A stretch of 64,000 nt of DNA from Phoronis australis (lineage: Eukaryota > Animalia > Phoronida): NCBI GenBank assembly GCA_002633005.1, contig NMRA01000103.1:236495-300494 (forward strand), given 5' to 3'. A program made the position numbers and the translations under genes. The notes beneath the pieces are model-generated. The model searched no databases. It worked only from the letters and a program-made list of their open reading frames with translations, and was not told the DNA's origin. Shown in pieces: positions 1-14,200 of the stretch (the first letter of the stretch is position 1; every line of letters begins with the position of its first letter).

Positions 1-3000
1 TCTGATCTGTTCCTCCTTAAGATTAAGAAGACGACAGTCGGCGGCCGCCACCACATCAACCAGGTCAAGTATTCAATTGCTTAAATCGTCAGTTTTATCT
101 TTTATATTATTTGTCGTGTAGATATTTTGACTTTTTGTCACGTTTATTTTGTGCCTTGTCTATTAATTGACTTATTATAATGTATACCGTGAAGCGTGTA
201 TTATTGTATACTAATTGAGAGGTCTTTCTTGAAGTTGAAGAGGACAACAGAATGAGGCCACCCCGACATGAAATAGGCCAAGATGTAAGGTAAACATTTT
301 CCCCGCAACGTGTATGTTAAAATATCAAAAAATGCAGAGAATGTAATTTGTTATGGGTTTTTTATTACTTGCACTGAACGGCTTGATTTGTGTTTTGTCG
401 ACTTTGTAATTCTCGCTGCAGGTTTGAGGCCACCATAATACCCACGAACAGACAAGATTTCGGGGAGAGTATAACTTTTGTCTTGCGCACGTGTTTTGTC
501 ACCTCAGAAACACGTTGCTTTTGTTACCATAATCACGTACTACAGCGTTTATTGATGTTTTATACTTTTATGATCGATTAAGATATTTCACTTACCATGG
601 AAACGTATTCTCAGCCTGTGTTTTCTATTGTAATAAAAACGAATAACAATTCTGGTTTTGGCATGTTCAGCTTCCATTTTACTACGCTGACAAACGACAT
701 TATATTGCGTCAGGTTTGGCGGCATTTATTCTCCCAAAAGCCTTCAAAAATGTAACTCTTGTCTTTGGAAACATTACGTTAATACATTCGCAGACAAAAT
801 TGTCTTTACATTTCTACAAACCTACTATGTGAGTTTTTTATCGTGACCTTTTCGCTGTACGTGGTTGTAATAACGGAGGTGGGTGATTGTTAAGTTACTT
901 GAGGTTGCTGAACTCTTGTTTCTTTTGAAAATAAAAAAAACTACCCAACAAGGGTATAATTCCTTTCTCTAACAATAATTAAGGAAAAACATATTAAGTT
1001 TTTCCAACACCACACAGTAAACAACAAGGACGCAGCAACTTTAAATCCAAATTTTGATACTCATGTTTGAGCACATTGGCTCTCTACCAAAACAGCTGTT
1101 GAAATGCAAACTAACTATTGAACAATCACCCGGGGTCATGATGCAAGGCAGCAGGCATGTCTTTGACATGAAGTCTGGGTTCAAGTCCCAGTGACCCCTA
1201 CATTCCGATAGAAAGTTTGCTTTCAACAAGCCAGAGTCTGTTTTGAATACTAAACAGAAGATACAAGTCAATCACATGGCACTGGGTAATTCTTTTTCGT
1301 ATGTTTGTCAAACTGAGTCTCTGAATAGGACAATTCCTTGCTTGATGCACATAATTTCTCACGTGGGCGCGTTGCTAAAACTTAACATATGCCTTTTTAT
1401 CTCTTTCAGATATCATTGGTTTAGCCAATGAAGAATACCTGGGACTGCGAATGGTCATCTTTACCCTGTGCTTCAAGGTGACTTCCCGTGATACGGCCAA
1501 AACGAACCTCTGAGGCGAAAACCGAGCAAAGACCCACAATAACTATCACCTTTTTTGACACGAAATGTCTTGATGTGCTTTTGAAGTTTTTCCAAGAAAC
1601 TATAATAATTTTGAAAATAACTTGTGGTTTCTTGGGCCAAGACACTAAAAAATACCTTATTTTGTCATGGTCAAGTTTACTAATATTTTCGTATTAAGCT
1701 TGTGTTGGTTCGTTTGGTAAAGTTATCCAATTCAATGCGTATTGTATTTCTAATAGTTCTGCTATGTGCTTTTGTCACTATAAAGGTTCTTTGCTTCATT
1801 TCGTATCGTAATGTGCCGTACATTGTACCATTAATAATTAGCTCCCATTATCAGAGAACTTATGTTGGAATTGTTCGACGAACATTTTGACGTAGCTGTC
1901 ATTCTTTATGCAGTTTTTTTCCCTGGTATCTCTTACGCTTTCATGTCACATCACATTTTCTCTTTTTCATGCTCATCTTTATTTTTATTTATTCCATACT
2001 TTGAAATTCATGACAACTTTGTGTACGTAATAAGATTGATCGTGCAATGACCCTATTTACGCCCATGCACCTATTCCTGAAAAATCATTTTAAAGAAAAG
2101 ACTTTGTTCAAGTGTTCACATACGGAGGTATGCTGCTACATGTAAGTGTCTCTAATAACTCACACAGGAGGTTATTCCCTGTAAGCGTAGAGGATCATGT
2201 CGTTCTTAAAAGATTATCAATGATATCCATTTATTTTCTCATTTTCTGCCTATGTGACGTTTTTTACTTCATTTTACTTGTCTAGAAATTGGTTAATGGG
2301 TGATGCCGTGTTTACAAAAGAATATCATCACCTGAGCAACTACTACTTTACCCACAGTGTCACGGTGAATACGTTGATGCATCCAAAAATCACACTACGC
2401 ATCAAGAAATGTGACATCGTACATGTATGTAGGGCTGCGTTCTGTAGATGCAAGATTCTTACGAAAACGCAAGAACACAAAAGAGTTCATGGGATATTGT
2501 CATGTATTACCAGCTTAGCTCGTGATCACAACTAATCCTTTATTTCGAATGTCTTGGGTCTCTGCTGGGAACAAATACTAGTTCCGTGGTCTGCATATGA
2601 ACCTTAACGTCTCATTCACAAAACATAAATCCAAGGCCATCCATTGAACACTCGTCGCCTCACCTTGGAACCATCGTATATCCGAAGTGTTGGAAATCCT
2701 GTCGCGATGTTTGATAACTTATAATAATGTGTATTTATTGTTAAAACTGTAATTGATTATATGAATATTAATAATAATGCTGTTGAGTTTGCGATTCTTT
2801 TTGTTATTTATCATTGTTTTTGAGCATAAGTGCATATGCAGCAAGGGAAACAGTGGCTCTGTGAATTCTGTTTGAGACTGTTATGAAAATCAAGTCTAAG
2901 GTCTTTCAAATCTAAGCATGTTGTCTTCTGGATATATATATACAGTGTAGTTTTGAGAGAACAGTAATTAGTAGTGCTATCTGCTTTTTCTCTAAAATAA

Positions 3001-3233
3001 AACCTAATTACACGTTAAAAAGGCCCTCTATAGGTGGTTGAGGCTATTGAGAACAGGCAAATAAGTGCAGTTGGTGTAATGGTTCACTACCAAAATTTTC
3101 TGAAGAGACTAAATAAATTAATATGTGGCCAGTTTTTGAAACGATACATTATGGCTGTTACAGACTGCCAAATTTGGCTGAGAATCGCTTCTGTGAAAAC
3201 TTGCAAAATGATCCGCTTGTGCCACCCAAAGTC

Positions 3234-3535
3234 AAAACCTGCAAATTTGAAATTGAATTTTTAAAGTTTATACTATTAAATTATTCAACTATAGTCCTTT
3301 AAAACTGTCACTGCTTAATTATCAGCTAGCTATACATTCTTGTAAAATGCATTTAAACATATCTATTTTGGCGCCAATTCTGTTGCAAAATGGAGGGACA
3401 TGTCACAAAATGAGAAATAATGGTTGAAAATTTTTGAAAATCGAAATTTTACTACATCTCACCAAACCAAACACATGACCTAAGTCTAAACAAAATTTGT
3501 GATTTTGGGAGTAGTCTCTTAGGCTACCTGTTGGT
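3234..3535 (+). repeat. Dispersed ~300-bp repeat, copy 1
   Basis: Colinear similarity to 8725-9060 (attaaattattcaa, gtaaaatgcatt, ttgcaaaatggagg, tctcaccaaa, tgtgattttggg, ctacctgttgg). Confidence 0.8.
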
Positions 3536-6500
3536 TTTTATATGGAGTTTGTATGAACACGACAGAGAATTGCTTGGCGTGAAAATACTGTTGCATTCGC
3601 CTGCTTTACGGAAATGTGGATACGCGTCTTTAAACGGCTTGGTTGTGACATTGTTGTTGGCAGCGCCTCCTCAAATACACGGACATTCCATTTTGTATCG
3701 GTGACGCACTATTGAAATGCGATCACAGATGATAACTGTTTACATAAACTTTAGTGGTACGTGACGGTTTTCAAAAACTGATAGAGTGTTTAACTTTTTC
3801 ACAATTGTTTCAAAACATACCTGACTTATATCACAGTTATCCTTTGTTCTGTTCACGTTTCCTAATCGAGAATTCCCAATCTCAGAATAAGATATCGAAG
3901 GCTGCTCTTGTTTCTAAATAGCAGTCAAGTAAAAACTGCTGTTGGTCCAATAAATGACTTTTTCCGTTTTGGTTAGGAGCTTGCGCTGTATTTTGCTTCA
4001 TTTAGGCTTTGGTTCTATCTAACAATTCCAAAATTGTGTTCCAAAGGTTGACTACGTTGTCGAGTTTGTCTGCAGATACTTATTTACTGAGGGGTTTCGT
4101 GTCGAGTTGGCAAGCTATTTTGTCGCGTTGGTGAGTGCTCCAAGTATTTTTATATTTCATTATTGACACTCTTTGTTTTTTTAGCCGTAGGATCGGTTTT
4201 GCCAATCCAAACTTCAGTCTCTGTATTTATTTGCAAATTGCCACTCCCTTAGTGCTTGTATTCCACTCGTACACTTAAAGTGCAAAAAAGAAATTGTACA
4301 ACAACGTTCATTCCTTTTGAAAGAAGCAGACAACCCAAGGAATACATGTATTATTAGCAACGAATATTATCGACTTGCAAAAATTTATCTTTTGACGGCA
4401 TTCACTAAAACGACGAGGCAACAGAATCCTTGTTTTAACATTTTGTTGGTTTTGCATTGTTTGAAATTGAAACTAGACAAGATCTTACGAGTTTTTACAA
4501 AGTTTTGATTTTCTCAACAAAGATGTCTACAGAATTTAATATTTTTTATAAACGTAGGTGGTCTTACGATCACGGCCACGTTGCAAAAAGAAGGCGTTAA
4601 TTGAAATGTTGCCGGACTTCGAAGATAGATCGTTGATATCAGTAACTCTTCGTTTTTTTAAAAATAGTTGTGATATGTTGTTTTACTATATGAGAAATTT
4701 AGACAACAGCTGAGTTGTTGTGCAATCTTTTGCGTCGGCCTTCGGTGCCATGAAATATATTGCGTCACCTTTTGGCCATTTTTCCCCAATTCTTCAAACA
4801 ACTGTTCTTCCACGTGGTTGCTTAAATGCCACAACAAATTATCAGAACTGGTTTCATTTCGTAACAACTCTTTAGAACTTTAATACCAGAAAACCGAATT
4901 TCAAAAGAAATTTTGTAGCAGTCATCCGCCTAGAAGAGATTGAGTGCGTTGAGTTCAGAAATTCCGATTCCAAATTCTGCTTTAATGATCAATGAGGAGT
5001 TGAAGTACACTTTTTTAAGAACAAAAACGGTGAAACTGGTGACGGTGAGTGAATAATTCTCGTTGCTCATTTCAAAATCCAGAACTTTATTGTTTAGGAA
5101 ATAATATACTCTCGACAAGTAAATCGACTAACCCTAATATGCGGCCAATTGCAAAGATATTTAACGGGATTATTAAACAATGGCACTCAAAGGACGAAAT
5201 AACATTTCTGTGTTTCTATTTTGAAAATATTTTTGGAGAAACTATTGAATAATCTGAAATTAACTAAATATTCATCGCGATAACAACGTGCTGAGCCGGA
5301 GTATAGGTTATGTTAAAATTCGCCCACAAACAAGTTGCACGAGTTTTACAGATAGAAATCAAATAGCAAAGTCAATAAATTACTCTTTATTATTGACATT
5401 GTTTAAAAAATGCAAAAAAACAATTGGAATGTACCTTAAGATTCTTTAACTCATCGTTTGAGGCTACTAGCGTCGCCTCAGAAAATTTGAAAACTTGTTC
5501 GAGTTTCCTGTCTGATCCCCGGAGTTCCTGTTTTAAAGGTAGGGGTTCGTGTTTTTCGGGCTGGTTAGCTGTTTTGACGGTGCGGGGGTTTGTTCTCGAA
5601 TCCGGGAAATCTGTTTTACACCGGGATTCCAATTTTGACGGAACACCCTAAATGAGCTATTATCTCGTTGCTACTGACTTTATCACGCCTGCGCGACATC
5701 TGTTGGGTCATAGTCGGAAACCCGGAGGAAAATCTTCGGAAATACTCGGTCCCACGTGTGTGACAAGTTAAACTTAAGTCTACCTTGTTCAGAGAGGGAT
5801 TATTCTATCCTTTTCTAAAAGTACTCTTTTACAACAAGTTCAAACCATTTTGCTTGGTCTAGGATCTATAGGCCTACATCATATACGTCAAACGTATGAG
5901 CCCAATGGATGATGGTCAATTATTCTCAAGTAGATAGATCATCGACGATTTCTGGGGTATCCTAATAGTTTTACCGTACCCCTAAAACCAGTGTTTGGGT
6001 TATAGTGTCCAAAATACGACGGCGAAATGTTTCATCATGGGTGTTAGTCGGCTAGTAATTAACTTTCACAGATCAACTCCTCTTTTACTGTAATAACCAT
6101 AAAAAACGTTGCAAAGCTGCTGTAGGACTGGCTTACTAGACGCAGTTGGAAGCAAAACTCAGGCACACACAATGTGAAAAAATTCACCTTCAAAAAGTTT
6201 CACAAATATTTTAATTCGAATTTCTTTAAAAGTATTTGTCTTGAATCCACTATTAAACATGGAACATATGTGTATGACAGCGCAACCGTCGACACGCAGA
6301 CCACCAGTGGTTACTAAAAACTTCACAATTCAGTTAAACTGAGCAAAAATTGTTATTCAAACCGTCATTTGAACTACGAAATACCTTACCGGATCATCTA
6401 ATATCTTTGCCGAGCACGAGAGTGCAATGCGATACAATTACTGCACCTACGGTCAGACATCCGTACGAAAAAAGCTTTTGTGTCAATGGAGGCATAGTAT

Positions 6501-6617
6501 AGTTCATCAATTGGCGCAAAATGTTTAGTATTCTGAATACACCGCAGCACACAACAAATCGTCTGCTTTTCTGAACTCATATTCATGTGGCTCCATGAGT
6601 ATGTTGACAGCGCAACT

Positions 6618-6853
6618 CATGAGCGCACCCAGCCTTCAATATGGGGGTCTCGAATGACTGGCGATCTGGACCTTTTGCTGACAAAAAAGCGGGAGGACTA
6701 AAAAACGGGATACCACCTTCACTGTGCGTATGCGCCTTTTTAGTGGACTTTTGTCTTGTTTTCTCGGACTTTTTGTTTCTCTGAGGCGGACGTTTTTGCC
6801 CATTTCGCCAAATGGGGGGACTCGCCCCCCGAGCCCCTCTGGGTGCGCGCATG
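6618..6853. mobile_element. Small GC-terminal MITE
   Basis: TIRs catgagcgcacccag / ctgggtgcgcgcatg with G/C-run subtermini; no clear TSD. Confidence 0.6.
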
Positions 6854-8063
6854 AACATGTAACTGGTCGAGATTGGGCAACTTGACCGATTTGCGCACCA
6901 CAGAATTTGCCGCTTCCGATCTAAGACACGTGCATGGTTAGTTAAATTGCATCAGGCTTCTGAATGCTATCGTTCTGTAGACAATGGGAATATCATAAAC
7001 GGTTTAGAGTATTTTTAAATTTTCGTTTTGAAAGTATGTTAATAGCATACTTGAATAGTTCGTGAAAGGCACAGGTAATTAGGTTTTTGAATTTTGAAAA
7101 TTGGACAAGAAATGTGACTTTTACAACTTAAAACATTCATTTAATGTTGCAATAAAATGCTCCTCATTAATTCTGCTGCGTGTGCAACATAATTGGGCCA
7201 ATTACCAAACTGCCAGGCAGCAGTTGGATTTTGAGGTAAGCCAAGTGTCATCGTACAATTCCTGTCATGTATGGTAACAATTTCTGTGAAATGCGACCAA
7301 AATACATCGAATGACATGGGCGGCGTAGCACTGAAAAAAGTGGGGGGGGGGCTAAAGCCCGCTCAGCCACCTTGTGGTGCACCGCCTATAAACCGTGTTC
7401 GGCGTAGCACTAAAAAAGTGGGGTCTATAGCCCCACCCCCCTATGGTGCGCCGCCTATGTATGAAACCTCTTGCTGTAGCACGCTTGCAAAGGATTTCTG
7501 TTGTGTTGGCTTTCTGCTTGTTACACTCCTTCACAGTGCTATAGATGTCGCTGTGTCAGGAGGTATGCGCTTGTGAGTCTTCGCAAAGGCAACATTCCGT
7601 TTTTTGCAATGCCGAGCAACCAATGCGCATTTCAGGAACGTTTCTTTAGACAGTACAGTACACAGCAGCGATAAAAGACATGTGAAAGCCAACCAAAACA
7701 TTACAAAAACAAAGACATAATTTCTAACATTCTTTATTTCAACACATTCCCTATCTACCAGTTACGTTCCTAAACTGTTCATTTATTGAAAAACAAGACA
7801 TCTGGAAAATCGGTCCCAAGAAAGCATTCAAATCGCTCAAAGTATATATGATTAAATAAATCTGCAAAAGTACATTTTCCGCGAGGCGGCCAAAGCAATT
7901 GATATCGTGAAAGCTTGAAAAGCAAAAATTATCAGTAATACTACTATAAGCAAGACAATACTTGGTACCTCAAATAGGACATTCGTCTTCCATTTTTGAA
8001 GTAATGCATAACCTACTTAAGTCAAATCAGCCACGACTGTAGACGGCGCGTGTTGTGAGAGAT

Positions 8064-8253
8064 CTAACACATAAATGGGTACAAATCTTCGCCCTTTGGA
8101 ACGAGTGGTTTGTTGCACTTCGACTTGGCGCAGCAGAAACCGCAGTGGTCTGTGGTGACAGTGTTCGAGATGCCGTAAAGTATATTAATGCACGACATTT
8201 GTTCACAGGAATGGATGAAATACGAGAGTTGGCACTCAGACTTGGAGACACAG
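8064..8253 (-). CDS. LU-TSP1-mucin gene terminal exon (end of LU domain 2)
   Basis: ttccttccag|CVSKSECQLSYFIHSCEQMSCINILYGISNTVTTDHCGFCCAKSKCNKPLVPKGEDLYPFMC*; CCxxxxCN signature; no hydrophobic GPI tail. Confidence 0.85.
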
Positions 8254-11200
8254 CTGGAAGGAAATAACAGACTTAGAAAGGCCTTGCTCTCACACTGTTG
8301 TCAAAAAGGCGTAAATACAACATTGTTTAAAGAAAGGACATGATGGCGATAATCACGGCGCTGGTGGAGATATTGTTGGTAGGACTAGTGCTGGAGATGA
8401 GGGTGATGACGGAAATGGTGTCAAGAAAGGTGATGATATTGACGACTGTGATTATGGTGATAACGGCGATAATAACAGACGTGACCTTGACAGTATATGT
8501 AGGTCTCATGAACTGAGTACAGAAATGATGATGACGGATGATTGTGGCGATATGTGTTAATACATGCTTGGTGCCCCCCTTGGACGACACCTGTTTTTAG
8601 TACCCCCCTTCGGCAGGCGCCCGGCGGCAACTGACACCCTTGCTACGGGACAGAGTCAGTCACTCGACGCCATCTATAATTTGAATGAACCACACATGCC
8701 AGTTGGTCGAAAATGGCTTCAATGAAAACCTGCAAAATAGCCGTTTTGCCACACGAAATCAATACATAAAAATTTGAAAATGAACTTTGAAAGTTATGTC
8801 ATTAAATTATTCAATCATGGTCCTTTAAAAGTGTATCACTCATTTGTTATCAGCTTGCTATGACATGCTAGTAAAATGCATTCAAACATGTCTACTTCGG
8901 CGCTCAATTTCATTGCAAAATGGAGGTGCATGGCACAAAAAGAGAAATTATAGATGAAAATTCTTTGAACGAGAAATTTTTCTACTTCTCACCAAATCAA
9001 ACTCATGAACTAAATCTAAAAAATCATTCTGTGATTTTGGGTATAGACTCTACCTGTTGGAATTACTCTTAAGGTGTTATAGGATTTCATTTCCTTTAGC
9101 AGCTTACTTCACAGGCAAAGCAAATACATGGGTTGTTCAACCCCATCAAACTCTGAAGCCGTTTTTCTTGAGCTGTTAATGGTTTCGATGTTCTTGTTGG
9201 TGGCGGAAATGGAATCTATTACTCCATATAAAGAATGTTGGGTTATTTCACCTTGGATTTATGTTTTAGATAGCTTATCAGGGTTTTGAGTGACGGCTTA
9301 ACTGACCAATCAGAAAGGCTTAGCAGCATTCATGACACACCTTCTTTTCCAAGCCGCCATTTTACTCGACAAACAACACGTTACCAGGTAAAACTTGTTG
9401 TTTTTTGGCGACATTTCGCAAAGGGCGAAGCTTGCGATAGGTCAATTGCAGGATTAATTAAACCACTATGATTTTCTACGCATAAGTACATGAAACAAGT
9501 GAGCGAAATGCTTTTGCATTAGTCGGTTCTACAATCCTTGTTGAGTTTGGATCCCAACCACCACGTGCCAAAATAGCATGCCAGGACCACAAGTCGTGCT
9601 TAATTTTGAATTGTACTCAATTCTCGGGAACTGAAGCGGAGGCTCATTTTGCTGGATCTGTATTCAACATAAATGTGTATTTAGTTGCCTCTCTAAGTGA
9701 ATTCTGCAAACCTTTCTACAAAGTTGACTCTACTTCGTTGCGGAAATTAAGTGCGTGTGGCCGTTGTCACAACTTTTTAAACCACAAACTATACCTGTAA
9801 TTGTTATAAAAATGTCATATTATGACGGACTCACTTCAAAAACTATATTGAACGTGTGAAGCGACATTACCGTTTTCTAATCGCTTGCTTCCCGCCCGGC
9901 ACACTGAACAATGTATTCAGACAATAGTTCTTGTCGGCGCTACATGCCTCAAGTTTCTCGTCACAAGATCCATCGTCCTTCGGGTCACACGTGTAACAAG
10001 AAAATCCTGCAGACAGAAAATGGCACCACGCTAATTAAAATATACACTATTGGCCAAGCTCAGCGCCTATAAATTTACTATACATGATTAGCACATACTG
10101 ATCAATTGCTGATTATATAATTGTCCAAATCTCGTGTGAAAAAGGCGAAATGCCGCTTATGGGATGGATGACGTCAATCAAGAGACCTATGGTTTGATTC
10201 CCAGTCCGGGTTCCGGATATTTCTGTGCCCTTAGTCTCCACAACAATTTTTTTTGTCTTGAACTTGTATAGAGATAAGGTACAATAAATTTATAGTTGTA
10301 AGACCTTCCTGAGAAGTTCGCATACTGTAAAATGGGATTTGGGACTTTTTAGCAATCTGACATCGTATTTTTAGTAAAATGTAGCAAAAAAAAGTCCGTT
10401 GATAGCAAATAACTGTATCAGTAACGTGATCAAATTTTACGAGAGCTTAAATTGCTGTTACAGTTTTCTAAGACATCATTGCGTTTTTCTTATGCTACAT
10501 CTTTAATTTTTTTATGGAAATCATGACAATCATATTTCTGATGGACACTCATGCAAAGCCTTTACATAACAATTTCTAATACAGTTTTGGGGAATAGTGC
10601 ATAAACAATAGCACCTAAACGTTACATGTGAATCCAGTCTGCCATTTCTGATATGTGATCTTCCAAAGCTCAAGCCGAAGTGGGTACTACGACACGCTTA
10701 GTACATAATGGAGATTTTCTGTTCTAGTTCTACTCTCATCCCAGTACATTCAAGTCAATAACTACGTAACCACCCTTGACCATCAAAATCAGGGAATGGC
10801 AACCTTGTTCTTTTCATTAATTTCATTAATTACTAATGGTTAAAATATCTTTGTCTTAATTCAACTAAAAATCTCGGTGGTATAATCTGTCATTTTTTAC
10901 CCTCAAACGTGTAAAAACGTGGATAATTACCGGCTGGTTCCGTTGGCTGAATCGTGGTTGGTTTCACTGTTGTCGGTTCTGTTGTCGTGGGCCTCAATGT
11001 TGTAGGTTCACTCGTCGTCGTTGGTTTCAAAGTTGTAGGTTCGGGTGTCGTTGGTTTCAATGTTGTTGGTTCGGGTGTCGTTGGTTTGAAAGTTATGGGT
11101 TCGGGTGTCGTTGGTTTCAAAGTTGTTGGCTCGGGTGTCGTTGGTTTCAATGTTGTTGGTTCGAGTGTCCTTGGTTTCAAAGTTGTTGGTTCGGGTGTGG

Positions 11201-14200
11201 TTGGTTTGAAAGTTATTGGTTCGGGTGTCGTTGGTTTCAAAGTTATAGGCTCGGGTGTCGTTGGTTTCAATGTCGTTGGTTCGGGTGTCGTTGATTTCAA
11301 TGTCGTTGGTTCGGGTGTAGTTGGTTTCAATGTTGTTGGCTCGGGTGTCGTTGGTTTCAATGTCGTTGGTTCTGTTGTCGTGGGTTTCAGTGTTGTTGGT
11401 TCAGTCGTCGTCGTTGGTTTCAATGTTGTTGGCTCTGGTGTTGTCGGTTTCCGCGTTGTCTTCGGTATGGTTGGACACGGTGCTAAGTTAAGGCAAACTC
11501 TCGAGTCTGTCTGAGTTGTGTCGATTAATGGGATGCCTACTACACCAAGAGTTGTGGTCTCCTTAGAACCACTGCCATGTTTACGGTGACTGTGACTGTT
11601 ATGTTTATGGTGACTGTGGCTGCCATGTTTATGATGGCTATGGCTGCCATGTTTACTCTTGGATCTTTTACTACGTTTTTCGTGTGTACGTTGCCTTTTT
11701 ACGGTGCCTGATTTAAGCACCCACAGGTTTCCTAAAATCAAAGAAAGAACTTTAAAAACTTGGTTTTTGTCGCTTAAGATGTTCAACAGATTATTCAGAA
11801 TACTTAACTCTATCCATGCACTTAAATGTGTATTCACTTAGCTTAGTGAAGTTTACTTGAAATCCGCCGACATATTTTCAACCACGCTCCGAGAGATGTA
11901 TATTTTACTTATTAAAGTTTTTTTCAACAATCATAGACATTTTCAATAGTGCAATATTTTTATTTATCCCATACGTGTTAAATCTGTCGAGGGAAATACG
12001 GCCATGTCCTAAAGTTTTCCGTATTCACCTCCCGCACTACTTCAACAGTGACCTCTGACACGGAAAGTTCAAAAGGTAGGTCAATGTCGACTCGACGTCG
12101 TTAGCCGGCTCGATTACCAAACGTTCGGAAAATAGTTTAAAGAAACATAATTAAAGCAGTGTAAATAACGCTCAATATACAATCATGTCTTAGGCGTAAC
12201 ATCTGGAACAGGACTGTTAATTATATGACAGTTCTGTCTCAGTTTTCATTCGCTAAATATTTTATCGTCTGCAACTCAGGTGCCGATTCATCTGTAATTA
12301 CAATATCAAATATTGTTGTTATTTAACTTTTTTCAGGAGATGTTACAAGTTCAATGAAAGTTACCCTTGTTTTCATCTTCGTTGTCTCTTTTCAGGTAAT
12401 AAATTGTCACATTTAAAACTGTTTCTTTTACTAGAGAAAACTTGCAGCCTAACATGCAAGTACACACATATAGGATGTGATCCGCCACGTGAACAGTTTG
12501 AGTGAAGTATTTAAAAAAACAGCGGAAAAAATTAAAGAAACTTTGGAATTCGAAGCGTATGGGATAAATACAAAAGGTACCTCGATTGGCATACATTAAG
12601 TGATATCCCACTCGACATTATTCCGCGTAACGACCTCGACCTTCGGACTCGGTCGATACGCGAAATAATGTTGTCTTGTGGGATATTACTTCGTCAACGC
12701 CACTCTCGATACGTTATGTTTATATCTCACCTTTCTTTGCTGCTCATAACATTTCCACACTTGCATAATTTATGTGCCAAATGAGCGAGTTATTTTGTAC
12801 GACGCCAATTGATTTTAAAGTGATATAATCGGCCACAGTGAAACATGAACGAAACACAGAAACAGTTTACAAAACCTTTTCATCAAGAACACGTCGACTT
12901 TCACTTGAATGTGTTTTAAAGAAACATTAAAACATAAAAGAAGAATTGCTAGTAACTGAAGATCCGGAAGTAACATACGCCTCATTCGTTGAAAATGAAC
13001 TATTAAATGGTTATTTGGTGAAACATGATTGTATTTGACGTAAGCTGACTTTAAAGACCACCTTCAATTGCACCACGCGCAAACCTAGCTCGTGCGCTAT
13101 TTTAAAGGCAGCACTCTGATCAAAATGAAGTGGCTATTTGCCAAATGGAACAGTTTGGCTCACCAGTAACTTCTTAGTTACCGCGAGGATCAGTTGCTAC
13201 GAAGCTCTGGTGCTTTCGGTGAATACCTACTCCCGCTACTGGTACCGCTGAATGTTCGAAATTACTGTTTCGGGCCGTTCTTTTATAATTGTTTTCTCGA
13301 GGTTAAGGCAATAAGGCGTGAAAAAGCCCTCTCATGTATCTGCTGACGTGACTGCATTTATGTGTTTAAATTCTGTGTTTCTGAAGCATTGCTAAGACTT
13401 TGTGGAGTGCCCAGTACACCTAAAATAACAAAAATATCCCCGAACACTTTTGAACCTTTTTGATTTGACTTCACTTTGGTCGGATATGTTTCTACATCAG
13501 AGTGCAATACACGAATTAAGTTAACCAAATATAAAAATACGTCACGCGGCAGCTGTCGTACATCGTGGATAAAAATGCTAACAGCTTGGTGTGCTACAGC
13601 TGAGAAGCAATCCTTCTCACCGTAGCCTTTCAGAATCTTTCTTCGCAGCTCGCGTAGTTTTCTTTCTGTGCTAGCTTTCATTCCACGGTTGAGCACATTA
13701 ATCAAATCTCTTTCTTCTTTCATTAGACCAGGAAGTTCTTTAGAGCCCAGATGAGATTTTACTTTGGAAGGCTTGCCTAAGTAAAAAGACAAGAATGTAC
13801 ATGTAACTTCAGTTAGTTTATGAACAGTCATCGTGGTTTTGCCCACCTCGCCGCTGATAGTTTTATCTCACCAAGTAGACCTACAACATAGGATTGTAAA
13901 GTATCTTTAAAGTTGCCTCGTCAAAATTTGCAGTTTTAGAAACGATCAGTGTCATAACCGTAGGAAGGTTTCTGTGTTCTACGTCTAAGAAGATGTGATC
14001 GCCTTCCCGACTGAAAATCAGTTTTGTCCAATTTCCGCTCGCCACCACCAACTCCACCTATGTAGGTCGCCATCACTCTCGAAATCTTACGGTTTTGCTT
14101 CGCTTAGGCTTTGTAGACTTAATGGAGTTATTGTAATGTTACAATGGGCTCTAACTAAAACACGATATCGGTCTACTGATTGTTATGCTACAGCGGTCTC

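Noticed and set aside
1140-1200. tRNA-like GGTTCAAGTCCC
   Set aside because: Only a T-arm/B-box remnant, no cloverleaf; probably SINE debris.
1-2800. Possible + strand small exons (e.g. 1410-1477 DIIGLANEEYLGLRMVIFTLCFK)
   Set aside because: Splice-like sites exist, but no coherent ORF or recognisable protein could be assembled.
10954-11514. 186-aa Val/Gly-rich + strand ORF
   Set aside because: Antisense shadow of the mucin minisatellite exon.
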